Assembly: GCA_049303795.1 (NCBI GenBank)
Contig: JBAQNM010000015.1
Coordinates: 36,590 to 100,589, forward strand
Direction of reading: 5' to 3'
DNA length: 64,000 bases
From: Candidatus Moraniibacteriota bacterium
Lineage (GTDB): Bacteria; Patescibacteriota; Minisyncoccia; Moranbacterales; UBA2206
Below, one piece after another: positions 10,342 to 20,192 of this stretch. A program made the position numbers and the translations under genes. Below the pieces are notes generated by a model that was not told the origin of the DNA, searched no databases, and saw only the letters and a program-made list of their open reading frames with translations. Each line of letters begins with the position of its first letter. The first letter of the stretch is position 1.

Positions 10342-10412
10342 AAAAATGCACTATTTACAATTCGCAACTCCGACTGTTCGGAACTGGGAATTGGAAATTG
10401 AAAATTTAAAAA

Positions 10413-10892
10413 TTATTCTTCTTCTGTTTTTGCCTTTTTCTCTTTAGGTTTAGTCTTATCATCTTTCATCGGTTCACCTAACTCTCGATAGATTGTGCCC
10501 AAAACTCCATTAACAAACCTTCCTGAAGATTCTCCCCCAAAAGACTTAGCCAACTCAATTGCTTCATTAATTGCCACTTTTGGTGGCACCTCCTCATAAT
10601 TACCGAACAAAAGCTCACAAATTCCCAAACGCAAAATATTACGATCAACAATTGTTACTTGTTCCAACGGCCATTCCGGAGCACATTTTTCAATCAGAGG
10701 ATCAATTTTATCCTGGTTAGCTATAGTCATCTCAACAAGTGTGTGCACAAAAGAAACATCATCCATACCTGGTGCAAATTCAGCAATATTTTTTTGCATA
10801 ATATCAGCGACTAGTTCTTTTTTTTGACCTTTAAAATCCCACTCATAGAGGGATTGCATTGCAACTGATCGTGATAGGTGCCGATTGGCCAT
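10413..10892 (-). CDS. nusB: transcription antitermination factor NusB
   Basis: NusB-like helical protein ([36 protein letters not shown]). A lysine-rich C-terminal tail is present. Confidence 0.82.
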   Translation of the reverse strand: MANRHLSRSVAMQSLYEWDFKGQKKELVADIMQKNIAEFAPGMDDVSFVHTLVEMTIANQDKIDPLIEKCAPEWPLEQVTIVDRNILRLGICELLFGNYEEVPPKVAINEAIELAKSFGGESSGRFVNGVLGTIYRELGEPMKDDKTKPKEKKAKTEEE

Positions 10893-10905
10893 AGTTGAAT
10901 TTTGT

Positions 10906-11112
10906 TTATTTTTTCTTGGCTTTTCTTGTCAATTTTTTAGTAGTATCAATAACTTCCTTGCCTTTGTATTTACCACAATTGCTACAAGCAACATGTGGTT
11001 CAATTTGAGCTTTACAAGTCGTACATTCCACTAGATTTTTAGGCTTTAGTTTATAGGGAACTCTGGCTCTGTCTCTTCGGGCCTTAGTATGGCGCTTTCT
11101 TGCTACTGGCAT
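10906..11112 (-). CDS. rpmF: 50S ribosomal protein L32
   Basis: [17 protein letters not shown]... with a C..C...C..CG zinc-ribbon pattern typical of L32. Confidence 0.8.
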   Translation of the reverse strand: MPVARKRHTKARRDRARVPYKLKPKNLVECTTCKAQIEPHVACSNCGKYKGKEVIDTTKKLTRKAKKK

Positions 11113-11177
11113 AGTTTAAAAATAAAATAGTTAATCTGCTATGTAATATATCATCAAGTTTGCCTTTTGGCAAATAC

Positions 11178-11780
11178 TCACATTGTGATTGCTAAAAAAA
11201 GAGCGAGCTCTTTTTTTAACTGGTCGGGATTTTTAAACTGAATAGTGCTTAATCCAATCGATTTAGCGGTATTAATATTGTTTTCATTATCATCAATAAA
11301 TAAGCAATCCTCAGCCCTTTCACCTAGTTTTCCCAATAAAATCTCAAAAGTCTTCTTATCTGTCTTACAACATTCAACTTCAAAAGAATACTGTGTAGAA
11401 TGAAATAATTTATGATAATCAAATTTTTTATTACAATGGTCTATCCACTCTCTTGAATGATCAGATAATAAGCCCAGCTTATATCCATCAGCTTTAAGTT
11501 TTTCAATAATATCCCTTGTCCCTTCAATCTCTTCGAAGTTATTTCTAATCGCATTTTTAAATTCTCCAACTTCAACATTCCAATTATTTCTTTGAATATT
11601 TCTTTCCCAAAATTCATCCTCCGTTATCTTTCCCTCCATTAGCGGTCTAAATTCTGGGCCTTGAAGTTTATTTTTAATTTCACTTACTTCTAAATTTAAT
11701 ACATCTTTAAGATAATCCTCTATTCCATAAAAACCCTTAAGATAAACTTCTGCTAAATCAAAAATTATTGTCGTTATCAT
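11178..11780 (-). CDS. HAD-superfamily hydrolase with a degenerate motif I
   Basis: N-terminal IIFDLAEV (motif I: second Asp replaced by Ala), a GLLSDHS-type motif II region and LFIDDNENN motif IV. Paralog of the gene at 33845-34438. Confidence 0.6.
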   Translation of the reverse strand: MITTIIFDLAEVYLKGFYGIEDYLKDVLNLEVSEIKNKLQGPEFRPLMEGKITEDEFWERNIQRNNWNVEVGEFKNAIRNNFEEIEGTRDIIEKLKADGYKLGLLSDHSREWIDHCNKKFDYHKLFHSTQYSFEVECCKTDKKTFEILLGKLGERAEDCLFIDDNENNINTAKSIGLSTIQFKNPDQLKKELALFLAITM

Positions 11781-11798
11781 ACAATTAGAATAAATAAA

Positions 11799-12509
11799 TT
11801 ATTTCGCCAAAAGTTCGATGGTTTTTATAGTCACGTTTTCCACTGGACGATCAGGTGTGGTCGTTTTAACATTTTCAATCTTAAGCGCAACGTCAATTCC
11901 TGACACCACTTCTCCGAAAACGGTATAACTAGCAGGAAGCGCTACCTGAGGACTTGCTGTTACGATAAAAAATTGACTGCCGTTAGTATTAGGTCCTGAG
12001 TTGGCCATAGCCACTGTTCCTTGAGGATATTTTTCTGTTCCTTTGAGCTCATCCTTGAATTTATAACCAGGATCACCAGTTCCCCATCTATTTTTCATTG
12101 CATCATCTTTAGAAAGAGGATCTCCGGTTTGAATCATAAAACCTTTAATCACACGATGAAAACGAACACCGTCATAAAACTTACTGTCTGCTAGCTGCAA
12201 AAAGTTAGTCACAGTCAATGGAGTTTCGACGCCAGCCAGTTTAACCTTAATATCACCGAGATTAGTTTTGATCACGGCGAAGGGATATTTTTTAATTAAT
12301 TCCTGACTGATTGTTGGCGCTTTTAAGGTTGACATCATATTCTTTTGATTATTATTTAAATTATTAGAGCTAACGTTCTCTGTCTTCGCTGTTTTTTGTT
12401 CAGACTCTTCTTTGATTGTTTTATTGTCCCCCAAAGGATTGCTACAACCGGAAAAAATGACTATGAGCGCAAAAATACTCAAAAAATAAAACGTTCTTTT
12501 TATTTGCAT
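11799..12509 (-). CDS. cyclophilin-type peptidyl-prolyl cis-trans isomerase lipoprotein
   Basis: Signal peptide with lipobox FSGC. Cyclophilin core FHRVIKGFMIQTGDP and GTVAMANSGPNTNGSQFFI. Confidence 0.9.
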   Translation of the reverse strand: MQIKRTFYFLSIFALIVIFSGCSNPLGDNKTIKEESEQKTAKTENVSSNNLNNNQKNMMSTLKAPTISQELIKKYPFAVIKTNLGDIKVKLAGVETPLTVTNFLQLADSKFYDGVRFHRVIKGFMIQTGDPLSKDDAMKNRWGTGDPGYKFKDELKGTEKYPQGTVAMANSGPNTNGSQFFIVTASPQVALPASYTVFGEVVSGIDVALKIENVKTTTPDRPVENVTIKTIELLAK

Positions 12510-12661
12510 ATTTTTTATTATTGCCTATTGATTACTTTCTCATTCTATATTCAATTAAAAAAACTGTCTAGGATATTTAAGAGACAAATCAAACTTGCAC
12601 AATAGTTTTAAAAATTGTATAATTCTATTGAAATAAAAAACATAAAAAATAAACAAACATA

Positions 12662-13444
12662 ATGGACGAACAAAATAACAATTCAAGCGAAAAGAACGCG
12701 CAAAAAATTCAAGCGCTTCGCGATATGATTTCTAATGCAGAGATAACATTACAAGGCGCAAAATCGATGCTATTGCAACTGGAAGGCAAGAAAAAAACCG
12801 GCCGCCGACGCAAAGCCGAAGATGAGGATGATGAAAATAATCGAGTTATTGAAGGCACTTTCGATGGCCAAATCATGATTGGAACAGACGGAAAACAATA
12901 TCCCGTTCCAGCTAACTACGCTTCCAAATCAAAACTAGTTAAGGGCGATATGCTCAAATTAACCATCACTTCGGATGGCTCATTTGTGTATAAGCAAATA
13001 GGACCAGTCGTGCGAAAGATGACAATCGGAACAGTCAATCAAGATGTTGACGGAAACTATTTCGTAGCAGCTGAAGGAAAAGCTTATCGCGTGCTCCTTG
13101 CCTCAATCACCTATTTCAAAGTTGAACCAGGAGATGAGGTCACATTAGTAACCCCACGTGATATGGAATCGGAATGGGGTGCAATTGAAAACGTCTTGCA
13201 AAAAGTAACAGAAAAAATGCTGCCCGAAAAAAGTCCTGAACCAAAAAATATTGATGATATTTTTCGAGAAAAACCTAGCTATACAAAACCTAGCTATTAT
13301 ACAGAACCAACTCCTACAGAAGAAAATAAACCTACCGAAGAATCCGCTTCGTCTATTATTGATGAGTGGGCACCGGATCTGGAAGAATTACGCAAAGAGC
13401 TGGCTGAATCTGATGATAAAGCTGAAACTAAAGAGGAAGAGTAA
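12662..13444 (+). CDS. hypothetical acidic protein
   Basis: 260-aa ORF with a clean intergenic lead and no recognisable motifs. The C-terminus is acidic and proline-rich. Confidence 0.5.
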   Translation: MDEQNNNSSEKNAQKIQALRDMISNAEITLQGAKSMLLQLEGKKKTGRRRKAEDEDDENNRVIEGTFDGQIMIGTDGKQYPVPANYASKSKLVKGDMLKLTITSDGSFVYKQIGPVVRKMTIGTVNQDVDGNYFVAAEGKAYRVLLASITYFKVEPGDEVTLVTPRDMESEWGAIENVLQKVTEKMLPEKSPEPKNIDDIFREKPSYTKPSYYTEPTPTEENKPTEESASSIIDEWAPDLEELRKELAESDDKAETKEEE

Positions 13445-13484
13445 TATCAATCCTCTACTTTATTAATAAAATAAAAATTAAGGA

Positions 13485-14141
13485 ATGAAAACTGAAATAA
13501 TTCAAGTGACAAAAAAAGATTTAATTTTTGCCACTTCTGCTGGTTTTTTAATTGGCCTGCTTCTCTTACCAGTTTTAAAAAGCTCCAATCAAAAACTCTA
13601 CGATCAATTATTCTTTGCCACAGTACCATTTTTTTTAATAGCAACCCCTCTTGGTTTAATCATTGCTCATAAAATCAGCAAAAAGATTGCTATTTTTTGG
13701 CAACTGGGAAAATTCGGTATATCTGGCGTGCTTAATGTTTTAGTTGATCTAGGAATGCTCTCTCTTTTAACTTTCTTTTTCAAGAGCACATTTCAAATTG
13801 AAGCAAAAAATGTTATCGTTTCAGGAATCTCTATTTTAACTTTTTATTCCTTATACAAAGCTATATCTTTTATAATTGCTAATATCAATAGTTATTTCTG
13901 GAACAAGCACTGGACTTTTAATAAGATTGGGGATAAAAAATCTGAATTTTTTCAATTTTTTGTTGTTAGCGTTGTTGGTTTTATGATAAACAACCTTGTT
14001 GCTTCTTTTGTTTTTAAATACATTCCTCCAGTCGCAGGAATGGATGATAATCAGTGGGGATTAATTGGCGCAGCTTTTGGTTCAATTATTGGACTAGCTT
14101 GGAATTTTATCGGCTATAAATTTATTGTTTTTAAAAAGTAG
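13485..14141 (+). CDS. GtrA-family membrane protein with an N-terminal extension
   Basis: Four to five TM helices. The GtrA-like motif NSYFWNKHWTF is present. Confidence 0.6.
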   Translation: MKTEIIQVTKKDLIFATSAGFLIGLLLLPVLKSSNQKLYDQLFFATVPFFLIATPLGLIIAHKISKKIAIFWQLGKFGISGVLNVLVDLGMLSLLTFFFKSTFQIEAKNVIVSGISILTFYSLYKAISFIIANINSYFWNKHWTFNKIGDKKSEFFQFFVVSVVGFMINNLVASFVFKYIPPVAGMDDNQWGLIGAAFGSIIGLAWNFIGYKFIVFKK

Positions 14142-14155
14142 CTATTTTTTCAACA

Positions 14156-14188
14156 AAAATCCTGTTAAAATCAGGATTTTTCTTTTTG
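14156..14188 (+). terminator. rho-independent terminator after the GtrA-like gene
   Basis: Hairpin AAAAATCCTG-TTAAAA-CAGGATTTTT followed by a T-run. Confidence 0.6.
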
Positions 14189-14226
14189 GAAAAATAGTGT
14201 TAGACTGATAATAAAGTTACAAAAAT

Positions 14227-15909
14227 ATGTCTCAAACTCTATATCGAAAATACCGACCAAAAAACTTTTCCGAAATCATCGGACAGGCCCATATTGTGCG
14301 CACGCTTTCTAATGCCATCAAGCACAATCGCATTTCTCACGCCTATCTTTTCACCGGATCAAGAGGTACTGGGAAGACAACTTTTGCTAGAATTTTCGCC
14401 AAAACAATTAATTGTGAAGTTGTCGACAAAATCAGCACCGATGAAAAAATAAATTCTTGTGAAAATTGCCAGTCCTGCAAAACAATCCAAAATGGACAAA
14501 CCCTCGATATCATCGAGATCGACGCCGCTTCAAACACGGGAGTGGATAACATTCGTGAATTAAAAGAAACCATTGGCTTGCCTCCTACCCTGCTAAAATA
14601 TAAGGTGTATATAATCGACGAAGTGCACATGCTTTCTACTGGCGCTTTCAATGCACTTTTGAAAACACTCGAGGAACCACCAGCTCATGTCATTTTTATT
14701 CTTGCCACAACTGAAATTCATAAAGTGCCAGAGACAATCATTTCTCGTTGTCAAAGATTTGATTTTCCGCGCCTACCAATGCCAGACATCATCGAAAAAT
14801 TAACCCTTATCGCCGAAAAGGAAAAAATCACGATTGAAAAAGAAGCCTTGGAAATGATCGCCCTTTCAGCTGAAGGCGGTTTTCGCGATGCCGAATCACT
14901 TTTGGGACAAATCTTTTCCATGGAAGATAAAAATATCACCGCCAAAGAAGTGGAAGAAATTCTAGGCACCGCTGATAAAAGTTTTGTCATTGATATTGCC
15001 GAAGACATCGCCACCAAAAATACTACCAATGCAATCAAAAAAATCAATGAGCTAATCGCTAAAGGGTATGACTTGCAAATTTTCACTAAATCCCTGATTA
15101 ATCATTTTCGTCAATTAATGCTCCTCAAGGTTGATGAAAATTTCAAAGATTTTTTCACACGCGAAATGACCCAAGAAAAAATCAAAGCCCTTCAAAATCA
15201 AACAACCAAAATTGAGCTGCCAGAAATAATTTCCGCGATCAATCTTTTCCTGGAAGCGCAAAATAAAATCCATTCTTTTCTTTTGCCTCAATTAGCCCTG
15301 GAAATCGCCATCATCAAAGCCACCAGAAAATTTCCCGCACCAGAACAAATAATAGAGCAAGAGATTGCAGTGGAAAAAAATACTACTACGAGCACACCGG
15401 TAACAAACAAACCGGAATCACCTATCGCACAAAAACCAATAGCGCCAGTCTCGAAGCATACGGAAGTCATTGCAGATTCCCCTATTTCCCCCAAAAAAGA
15501 AATTGAAATAAATCCAAATATTTCGCTTGATGCGTCACTGCTAAAAAGTCGCTGGAACAAACTCTTGATTGAAATTCGCCCTCACAATCATTCTCTTTGT
15601 GCCTTTCTGTCTAATTGTCAAATTCTAAAAACCGAAGGCAACATTATCACGCTTGCCACACCTTATGATTTCTACAAAGAAAAGCTAGATGATCTTAAAA
15701 ATAAATTGACAATTGAAGAAGTTTTTAGTAAGATTCTTGAGTTACCCGTTCGCATCCAAATAGTGGTTGATAAAAATTTAGCGCCAATTCAGTCCTCCTG
15801 TTCTGAAGAAGAAATTCGACAAGAAACAACAAAAGAAGCACCACGCGAACAATCTTCACTCCTAACTTCCGCTATGGAAATTATGGGAGGAAAAGTTGTT
15901 GCAGAATAA
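14227..15909 (+). CDS. dnaX: DNA polymerase III subunit gamma/tau
   Basis: YRKYRPKNFSEIIGQ, Walker A GSRGTGKTT, IIDEVHMLS, a CxxC zinc module (CENCQSC) and sensor SRCQRFDF. Confidence 0.92.
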   Translation: MSQTLYRKYRPKNFSEIIGQAHIVRTLSNAIKHNRISHAYLFTGSRGTGKTTFARIFAKTINCEVVDKISTDEKINSCENCQSCKTIQNGQTLDIIEIDAASNTGVDNIRELKETIGLPPTLLKYKVYIIDEVHMLSTGAFNALLKTLEEPPAHVIFILATTEIHKVPETIISRCQRFDFPRLPMPDIIEKLTLIAEKEKITIEKEALEMIALSAEGGFRDAESLLGQIFSMEDKNITAKEVEEILGTADKSFVIDIAEDIATKNTTNAIKKINELIAKGYDLQIFTKSLINHFRQLMLLKVDENFKDFFTREMTQEKIKALQNQTTKIELPEIISAINLFLEAQNKIHSFLLPQLALEIAIIKATRKFPAPEQIIEQEIAVEKNTTTSTPVTNKPESPIAQKPIAPVSKHTEVIADSPISPKKEIEINPNISLDASLLKSRWNKLLIEIRPHNHSLCAFLSNCQILKTEGNIITLATPYDFYKEKLDDLKNKLTIEEVFSKILELPVRIQIVVDKNLAPIQSSCSEEEIRQETTKEAPREQSSLLTSAMEIMGGKVVAE

Positions 15910-16000
15910 AATAATATCGGAGAATAGCCCTACCGACAGACAGGCAAGCGGCAAGGTGCATTATTTGCAATTTATTGAAAGGAAAATTAAATAATATCAT

Positions 16001-16072
16001 TGGGGAGTAGCCAAGCGGTAAGGCAACGGACTTTGACTCCGTCATGCGAAGGTTCGAATCCTTCCTCCCCAA
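16001..16072 (+). tRNA. tRNA-Gln (anticodon UUG)
   Basis: Hand-folded cloverleaf. Acceptor TGGGGAG pairs with CTCCCCA; D-arm GCCAAGCGGTAAGGC; anticodon stem ACGGA/TCCGT with loop CTTTGAC (anticodon TTG); T-arm GAAGG-TTCGAAT-CCTTC. CCA is not encoded. Confidence 0.85.
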
Positions 16073-16082
16073 CAAATTTAAA

Positions 16083-16112
16083 AAATCGCCATAGAAATGG
16101 CGATTTTTTATT
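16083..16112 (+). terminator. rho-independent terminator after the tRNA
   Basis: ATCGCCAT-AGAA-ATGGCGAT hairpin followed by TTTTTTATT. Confidence 0.65.
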
Positions 16113-16303
16113 AAAAGAAAAAACAATCAGAAGACCGTTTAAATTTTACAATATTTCAGATATTCTTATTATTTCAAGTTGAGTTTCTTCAATTTTTTTT
16201 CTTAACACAAAAACATCGGCCATAAATTCATCATCGGCCTGCAATAAAAGTATTTTATTGTAGATTTTTTCTTTGGTTGAAAATTCTTTAGACATAGATT
16301 ATC

Positions 16304-16813
16304 TTATTGTTTCCTTTTCTTGTTTATATACCAAGCTAGTCCGCCTATGGAAACAGCACCAAACAGAAATCCCCCACCAAAAGAATTATCATCCGCTTTT
16401 TCTTTATTGAGATTTGCTATGGTAGATTGAAGATTATTTTTATCATCCTTCAAGTTGTCATTCTCTTTTTGTAATTCTTGCAACTTACTAGCATTTTCGG
16501 TCGCGGTGCTTTCTACTAGTTGTGAAATTGCACTATTATTTGAATTTTGTGGTTGAGTTGTTTTAACAGGGGTTTTCGGAACAATCGGTGCTGGCTTTGG
16601 TTTTGGAGGAATATATGTGCAACCGCAACTTGGACTATACGAACCATCATTACAGACATATTTTCCTACGGATGTGTCGCAATGCGAAACACCACCGTGC
16701 CAAGAACAACAACCACTTGTAGCATTTGCTGGCGTAGTGGAAAATAAAAAAACAGCCAAAAGTAGGACCGTGATAAAGAGATGTGTTTTTGCCTGCTGGA
16801 AACGAATTACCAT
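16304..16813 (-). CDS. hypothetical secreted protein with a Cys-rich module, Pro-rich linker, coiled coil and C-terminal TM anchor
   Basis: N-terminal signal peptide. Cys-rich segment SGCCSWHGGVSHCDTSVGKYVCNDGSYSPSCGC. Linker PKPKPAPIVPKTPVK. Heptad-like region and a terminal hydrophobic segment followed by KKRKQ. Confidence 0.5.
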   Translation of the reverse strand: MVIRFQQAKTHLFITVLLLAVFLFSTTPANATSGCCSWHGGVSHCDTSVGKYVCNDGSYSPSCGCTYIPPKPKPAPIVPKTPVKTTQPQNSNNSAISQLVESTATENASKLQELQKENDNLKDDKNNLQSTIANLNKEKADDNSFGGGFLFGAVSIGGLAWYINKKRKQ

Positions 16814-17120
16814 ATGATTTTTATTAAAAATTATAGATATGTGACTGTATGCTTATTTTGAGAAAAAGTCAAGGCTAGCCGTGATTGTTTTTTTATTATC
16901 TATTATGCATGTATCTTACTTTTTGGAGACCATAAGGAACTTCAATCCGAAGATCATACTTACCGCATAAAGACATTGGAAATGTTAGGAGATCGAAATA
17001 ATCAATTCACAAAAGTTAAAGTTTCTTCTGCAATAAATAATCCAGAACAAGCCGATCCAAAAAATCAACAAGGATGGCTTTCCAAAGAGGCTTAGGATTG
17101 GTTTAGTCCTTATGAGCAGT

Positions 17121-17156
17121 AACCAAATAAGTTCCCGCCGTCCCATAGCCTCAACA
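17121..17156 (+). repeat. dispersed intergenic repeat, copy 1 (AACCAARTARGTTCC...CCATAGCCTCAACA)
   Basis: Shares its 5' and 3' cores with copies at 21830-21867 and 22499-22536. All three are plus-oriented and upstream of plus-strand genes. Confidence 0.55.
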
Positions 17157-17234
17157 CAAAAAACCCAGCCTTCCAAGTGAGCCGGTTTTATATTATACTT
17201 TTAATAAGTACTAAATAAAAAAATAGCTAAGTCT

Positions 17235-18614
17235 ATGTTTAACCTTGAAAGCGGTCTCATGAGGTCAAAAAAAGAAACCGAGTCAAAATCAGTTGACGAA
17301 AAAAATGTGCAACGAGCAGAATATTTCGCGGACCGCATCATTAATAATGAACCTAGCGATCCGACTGCCCTTGAACATGAAACTCAATATCTAAAAATGC
17401 ATGTGCAAGACCTTTTGGATATACTAGCAAAACCACAGTCTGAAAATGATTCTGAACTTCGCGATAATGCCGAACGAATTATTCTAAAAATATTTAAAAA
17501 TGCTGAATATAAAGATGAAATCCAATTAGACTCACCGCCCGCATACAGAAAATATGCCGATCAATATGGCGGAGTAATGAAAAAAATCTATTCTTTTCTT
17601 GCGTTGCAAACACTGGCATCGTCAGGAAGAACAATAAAAGACTATAACCATCTTTCTCATTACGATAGTAAGGAGGGAGGCATGGGACCTGCCGTCATAT
17701 CAGCACTCGAAAAACGCGACAAAGGAGAAGCGACTAAATATCAAATACAAGCCTCAAATAAACTTCTAATAAAAATACTAGAGGAATATAGCTTGCCTCC
17801 GGAAGATACTATTTCCGCATGGAAATCAAGTGGGTACACGAACAGTGGTGACGAAATTGCTCTGGGAGCCATGCAAAACGTTGAGGCAATGAGATATTTG
17901 GAAAGCGTATATCCGGGGTCTGCAGGTGTTTTGTCTAAACAGTTCGGCATAAGACATTTCGGGCGTTATCCAGAAAAGCTACTTGCGGAACAATATCAGG
18001 AGAGGGATAATTGTGACAAGCCTTATGGCGTGATGTTTTCAGCCATCAGTGATCACAATGGTGTATTTAGAACGGCCTGGGGTGATACAAAATTTCTATG
18101 GGAAAATCTTAAGGGCAAATATTCATTTCGCATTTTCGAAGTTGGCCGTAAATTTGGCATAGGACGACGACTTGTTGAATGCAATGTAAAGTATGGAGAA
18201 CGCCATAAAATATCGTTTGCCAAATTTAATGGACACGGAGAAAAAAATAAAATAATTTTCGGCAGAAATGATGAGAATGTTTTTAATTTCTTGACCCGCA
18301 CGCTTTTCAGAAAAAGTGAACCGACATCAATATCCTCTCGAGACTTGGAAGGAGGAGGGTTTAAGCGTGCCAAAAAATTTTTTATCGAATCTCCCCATCT
18401 TATATTTGAAGCATGTGGCGCTGGAGTTGAGAACGGAATCGTACAGAAAGCATCTAAAATCTATGAAACTGAAACCTTAGGGCAAGATTACGTCGGCAGT
18501 TCCCTCCCTATACACCCAGTACTGGATAACGAAGGCGTAATTAGCAGCTTTGCAACTTATTCAAAAGAATGGGAAAAGCTAGCTGGACGTTATCGCAAGG
18601 GAGAAAGAATATAA
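17235..18614 (+). CDS. hypothetical protein (459 aa)
   Basis: Long ORF with no recognisable catalytic motifs. Confidence 0.5.
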   Translation: MFNLESGLMRSKKETESKSVDEKNVQRAEYFADRIINNEPSDPTALEHETQYLKMHVQDLLDILAKPQSENDSELRDNAERIILKIFKNAEYKDEIQLDSPPAYRKYADQYGGVMKKIYSFLALQTLASSGRTIKDYNHLSHYDSKEGGMGPAVISALEKRDKGEATKYQIQASNKLLIKILEEYSLPPEDTISAWKSSGYTNSGDEIALGAMQNVEAMRYLESVYPGSAGVLSKQFGIRHFGRYPEKLLAEQYQERDNCDKPYGVMFSAISDHNGVFRTAWGDTKFLWENLKGKYSFRIFEVGRKFGIGRRLVECNVKYGERHKISFAKFNGHGEKNKIIFGRNDENVFNFLTRTLFRKSEPTSISSRDLEGGGFKRAKKFFIESPHLIFEACGAGVENGIVQKASKIYETETLGQDYVGSSLPIHPVLDNEGVISSFATYSKEWEKLAGRYRKGERI

Positions 18615-18639
18615 ATTCTAAATCATCAATAAACATAAT

Positions 18640-19275
18640 ATGAAACCATATCTAAAAATGAATTCAGAAAATACAGCACTATTGATTATAGATGTAGTTA
18701 ATAGTTGCTGTCATGAAAATTCTGAGGATCCAGAAATTGGTATTTGTTATTCCAAGATAAGAAAAATGATTCCTAGGCTGGCCAAGTTTATTGATATTTT
18801 TAAAAAGAAAATAAAGAGTCAAGTTATTTTTGTAAAAATAGATCCCTGGACGAAAAAATGTCTATCTCCAAATGTAATAGAACTGTATGACAATGACCCG
18901 TCAGCTTGTTATTATTCCGATGATGAAACTGGATTTTCGGAAGAATTTTATTTAGTTAAACCTGAAAAGGAAGATTTGGTTATTACAAAAAATAATTATG
19001 ATGCCTTTGCCAACCGCGATCTCGAAAAGATACTCAAAGAAAAGAATATCCAATACCTACTAGTCACCGGCGTATTCACTGATGGTTGTGTTTTGGCAAC
19101 AGTCTGCGGAGGTTTCCAAAAAGGTTTTAATTTTATTATCCTAAAAGATCTTGTTGAAACTACCGATGTTAAAAAAAGACAAAACTTACAAAAACATCTC
19201 ATTGACTACACATTCCCTATGTTATACGGAAAAACAGTAACTTCTAAAGATTTTTTGGATAATTGGGATGAATAA
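18640..19275 (+). CDS. isochorismatase-family cysteine hydrolase
   Basis: ALLIIDVVNS (catalytic Asp region) and LLVTGVFTDGCVLATV (nucleophile Cys) are typical of the isochorismatase/nicotinamidase fold. Confidence 0.7.
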   Translation: MKPYLKMNSENTALLIIDVVNSCCHENSEDPEIGICYSKIRKMIPRLAKFIDIFKKKIKSQVIFVKIDPWTKKCLSPNVIELYDNDPSACYYSDDETGFSEEFYLVKPEKEDLVITKNNYDAFANRDLEKILKEKNIQYLLVTGVFTDGCVLATVCGGFQKGFNFIILKDLVETTDVKKRQNLQKHLIDYTFPMLYGKTVTSKDFLDNWDE

Positions 19276-19350
19276 GTTTTGACTTAGTCCTACAAACGCA
19301 ACAAAATAATACTTAACGCTAAATAACATTCAGACAACAGGAGGTGTTCT

Positions 19351-19659
19351 TTGAAAAAAACCAACCGATGGAAAAAGCTCGTTGAGAGATTATTCATTAT
19401 CATTCATGCGATCAGATCATCGCAGATGAAAGAAAACTCTCAGGGATACAAAATGAAAGTTATCGTGGCAAATTCACAAGACGTAACAAGCCCACAGGAA
19501 AAGGTCAATAATCCTTGTCAAACCTTTTCTCCAAAAACAAAAAAATATTGCGGGCAGGAATCTACACATGTCTATGCGGGCCTACAAATCTGCACTGCTT
19601 GCGCAGAACAACTAAACGCCGGGGGCGCCAATCCCCCACCAACAAAATTTAACTTTTAA
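19351..19659 (+). CDS. hypothetical small protein (TTG start)
   Basis: ORF preceded by AGGAGGTG 5 nt upstream of TTG. The C-terminal half is Cys-rich (CQTF...YCGQ...CTAC). Followed by a terminator. Confidence 0.4.
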   Translation: MKKTNRWKKLVERLFIIIHAIRSSQMKENSQGYKMKVIVANSQDVTSPQEKVNNPCQTFSPKTKKYCGQESTHVYAGLQICTACAEQLNAGGANPPPTKFNF

Positions 19660-19690
19660 AAAGTGCGTCAATTAAAAGTTAAAATATTAT

Positions 19691-19728
19691 CGCCCCTATC
19701 AATAAATTGACTGGGGCGCTGTTTTTTA
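19691..19728 (+). terminator. rho-independent terminator
   Basis: CGCCCC ... GGGGCG stem followed by CTGTTTTTT. Confidence 0.55.
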
Positions 19729-19943
19729 ATCTCCTAATTAATTTTTCTGCCGATCTGTCGCCTTAGCTCTCCTCTTTTTATTTTCCTTTTTCCAGACAGA
19801 ATAAATGACTCTGGCTAAAATAATTATTGCGATGTATGGTAGAAATAATTTAAACACACTCCAAAATGGAACAAAAAACATTGCGGGTGTGATTTCTAGA
19901 TTCAACATATTTTTTATTTATTAAAATTTTTAGATACAAAAAA

Positions 19944-20080
19944 GGTCACACGACGGCGGTGCCCTTGCGAACACCCCAAAACCCTTTCGAGTGAGAACCT
20001 GCGTAACAAGTACCGATCATGAGACCGTTTATGTTACGCGAGGTTCCAGACCATGCCCCACCAAAGAGTGAGGTTTAGGT
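19944..20080. ncRNA. GC-rich structured element of unknown identity (candidate small RNA)
   Basis: ~140-nt island of about 55% GC in a ~25% GC intergenic region with no ORF. Complementary segments include CCTGCGTAACA/TGTTACGCGAGG and GGTG/CACC. It sits directly 5' of a copy of the 20085-20130 direct repeat. Confidence 0.3.
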
Positions 20081-20084
20081 CAAT

Positions 20085-20130
20085 TCAATTGTATTTGTAT
20101 TTTGCCTTATTTTTGGACAAAAATCAACCT
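20085..20130 (+). repeat. direct repeat, copy a (...TGCCTTATTTTNNGACAAAAATCAA)
   Basis: Matches copies at 33765-33818 and 36372-36427. Confidence 0.55.
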
Positions 20131-20192
20131 CTTTATATTTTTAAAAACAAAAAACCAGCTGATTGGGCTAGTTTCTAGATACCAGAGAATAC

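Noticed and set aside
17235-18614. The 459-aa protein as an integrase for the adjacent accessory block
   Set aside because: No R..H..R..Y tyrosine-recombinase or serine-recombinase motif pattern is visible. It is left as hypothetical.
19774-19908. 44-codon minus-strand ORF encoding a hydrophobic peptide (MLNLEITPAMFFVPFWSVFKLFLPYIAIIILARVIYFCLEKGK)
   Set aside because: It has no Shine-Dalgarno and lies in AT-rich intergenic DNA where hydrophobic ORFs arise by chance. It would need conservation evidence.
19944-20080. Assigning the GC-rich element as tRNA, SRP RNA, tmRNA or RNase P RNA
   Set aside because: It has no T-loop GTTCRANYC in stem context, no SRP domain IV GGAAG/AGCAGC motif, no tmRNA ends, and it is too short for RNase P. 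It is kept only as an unclassified candidate.
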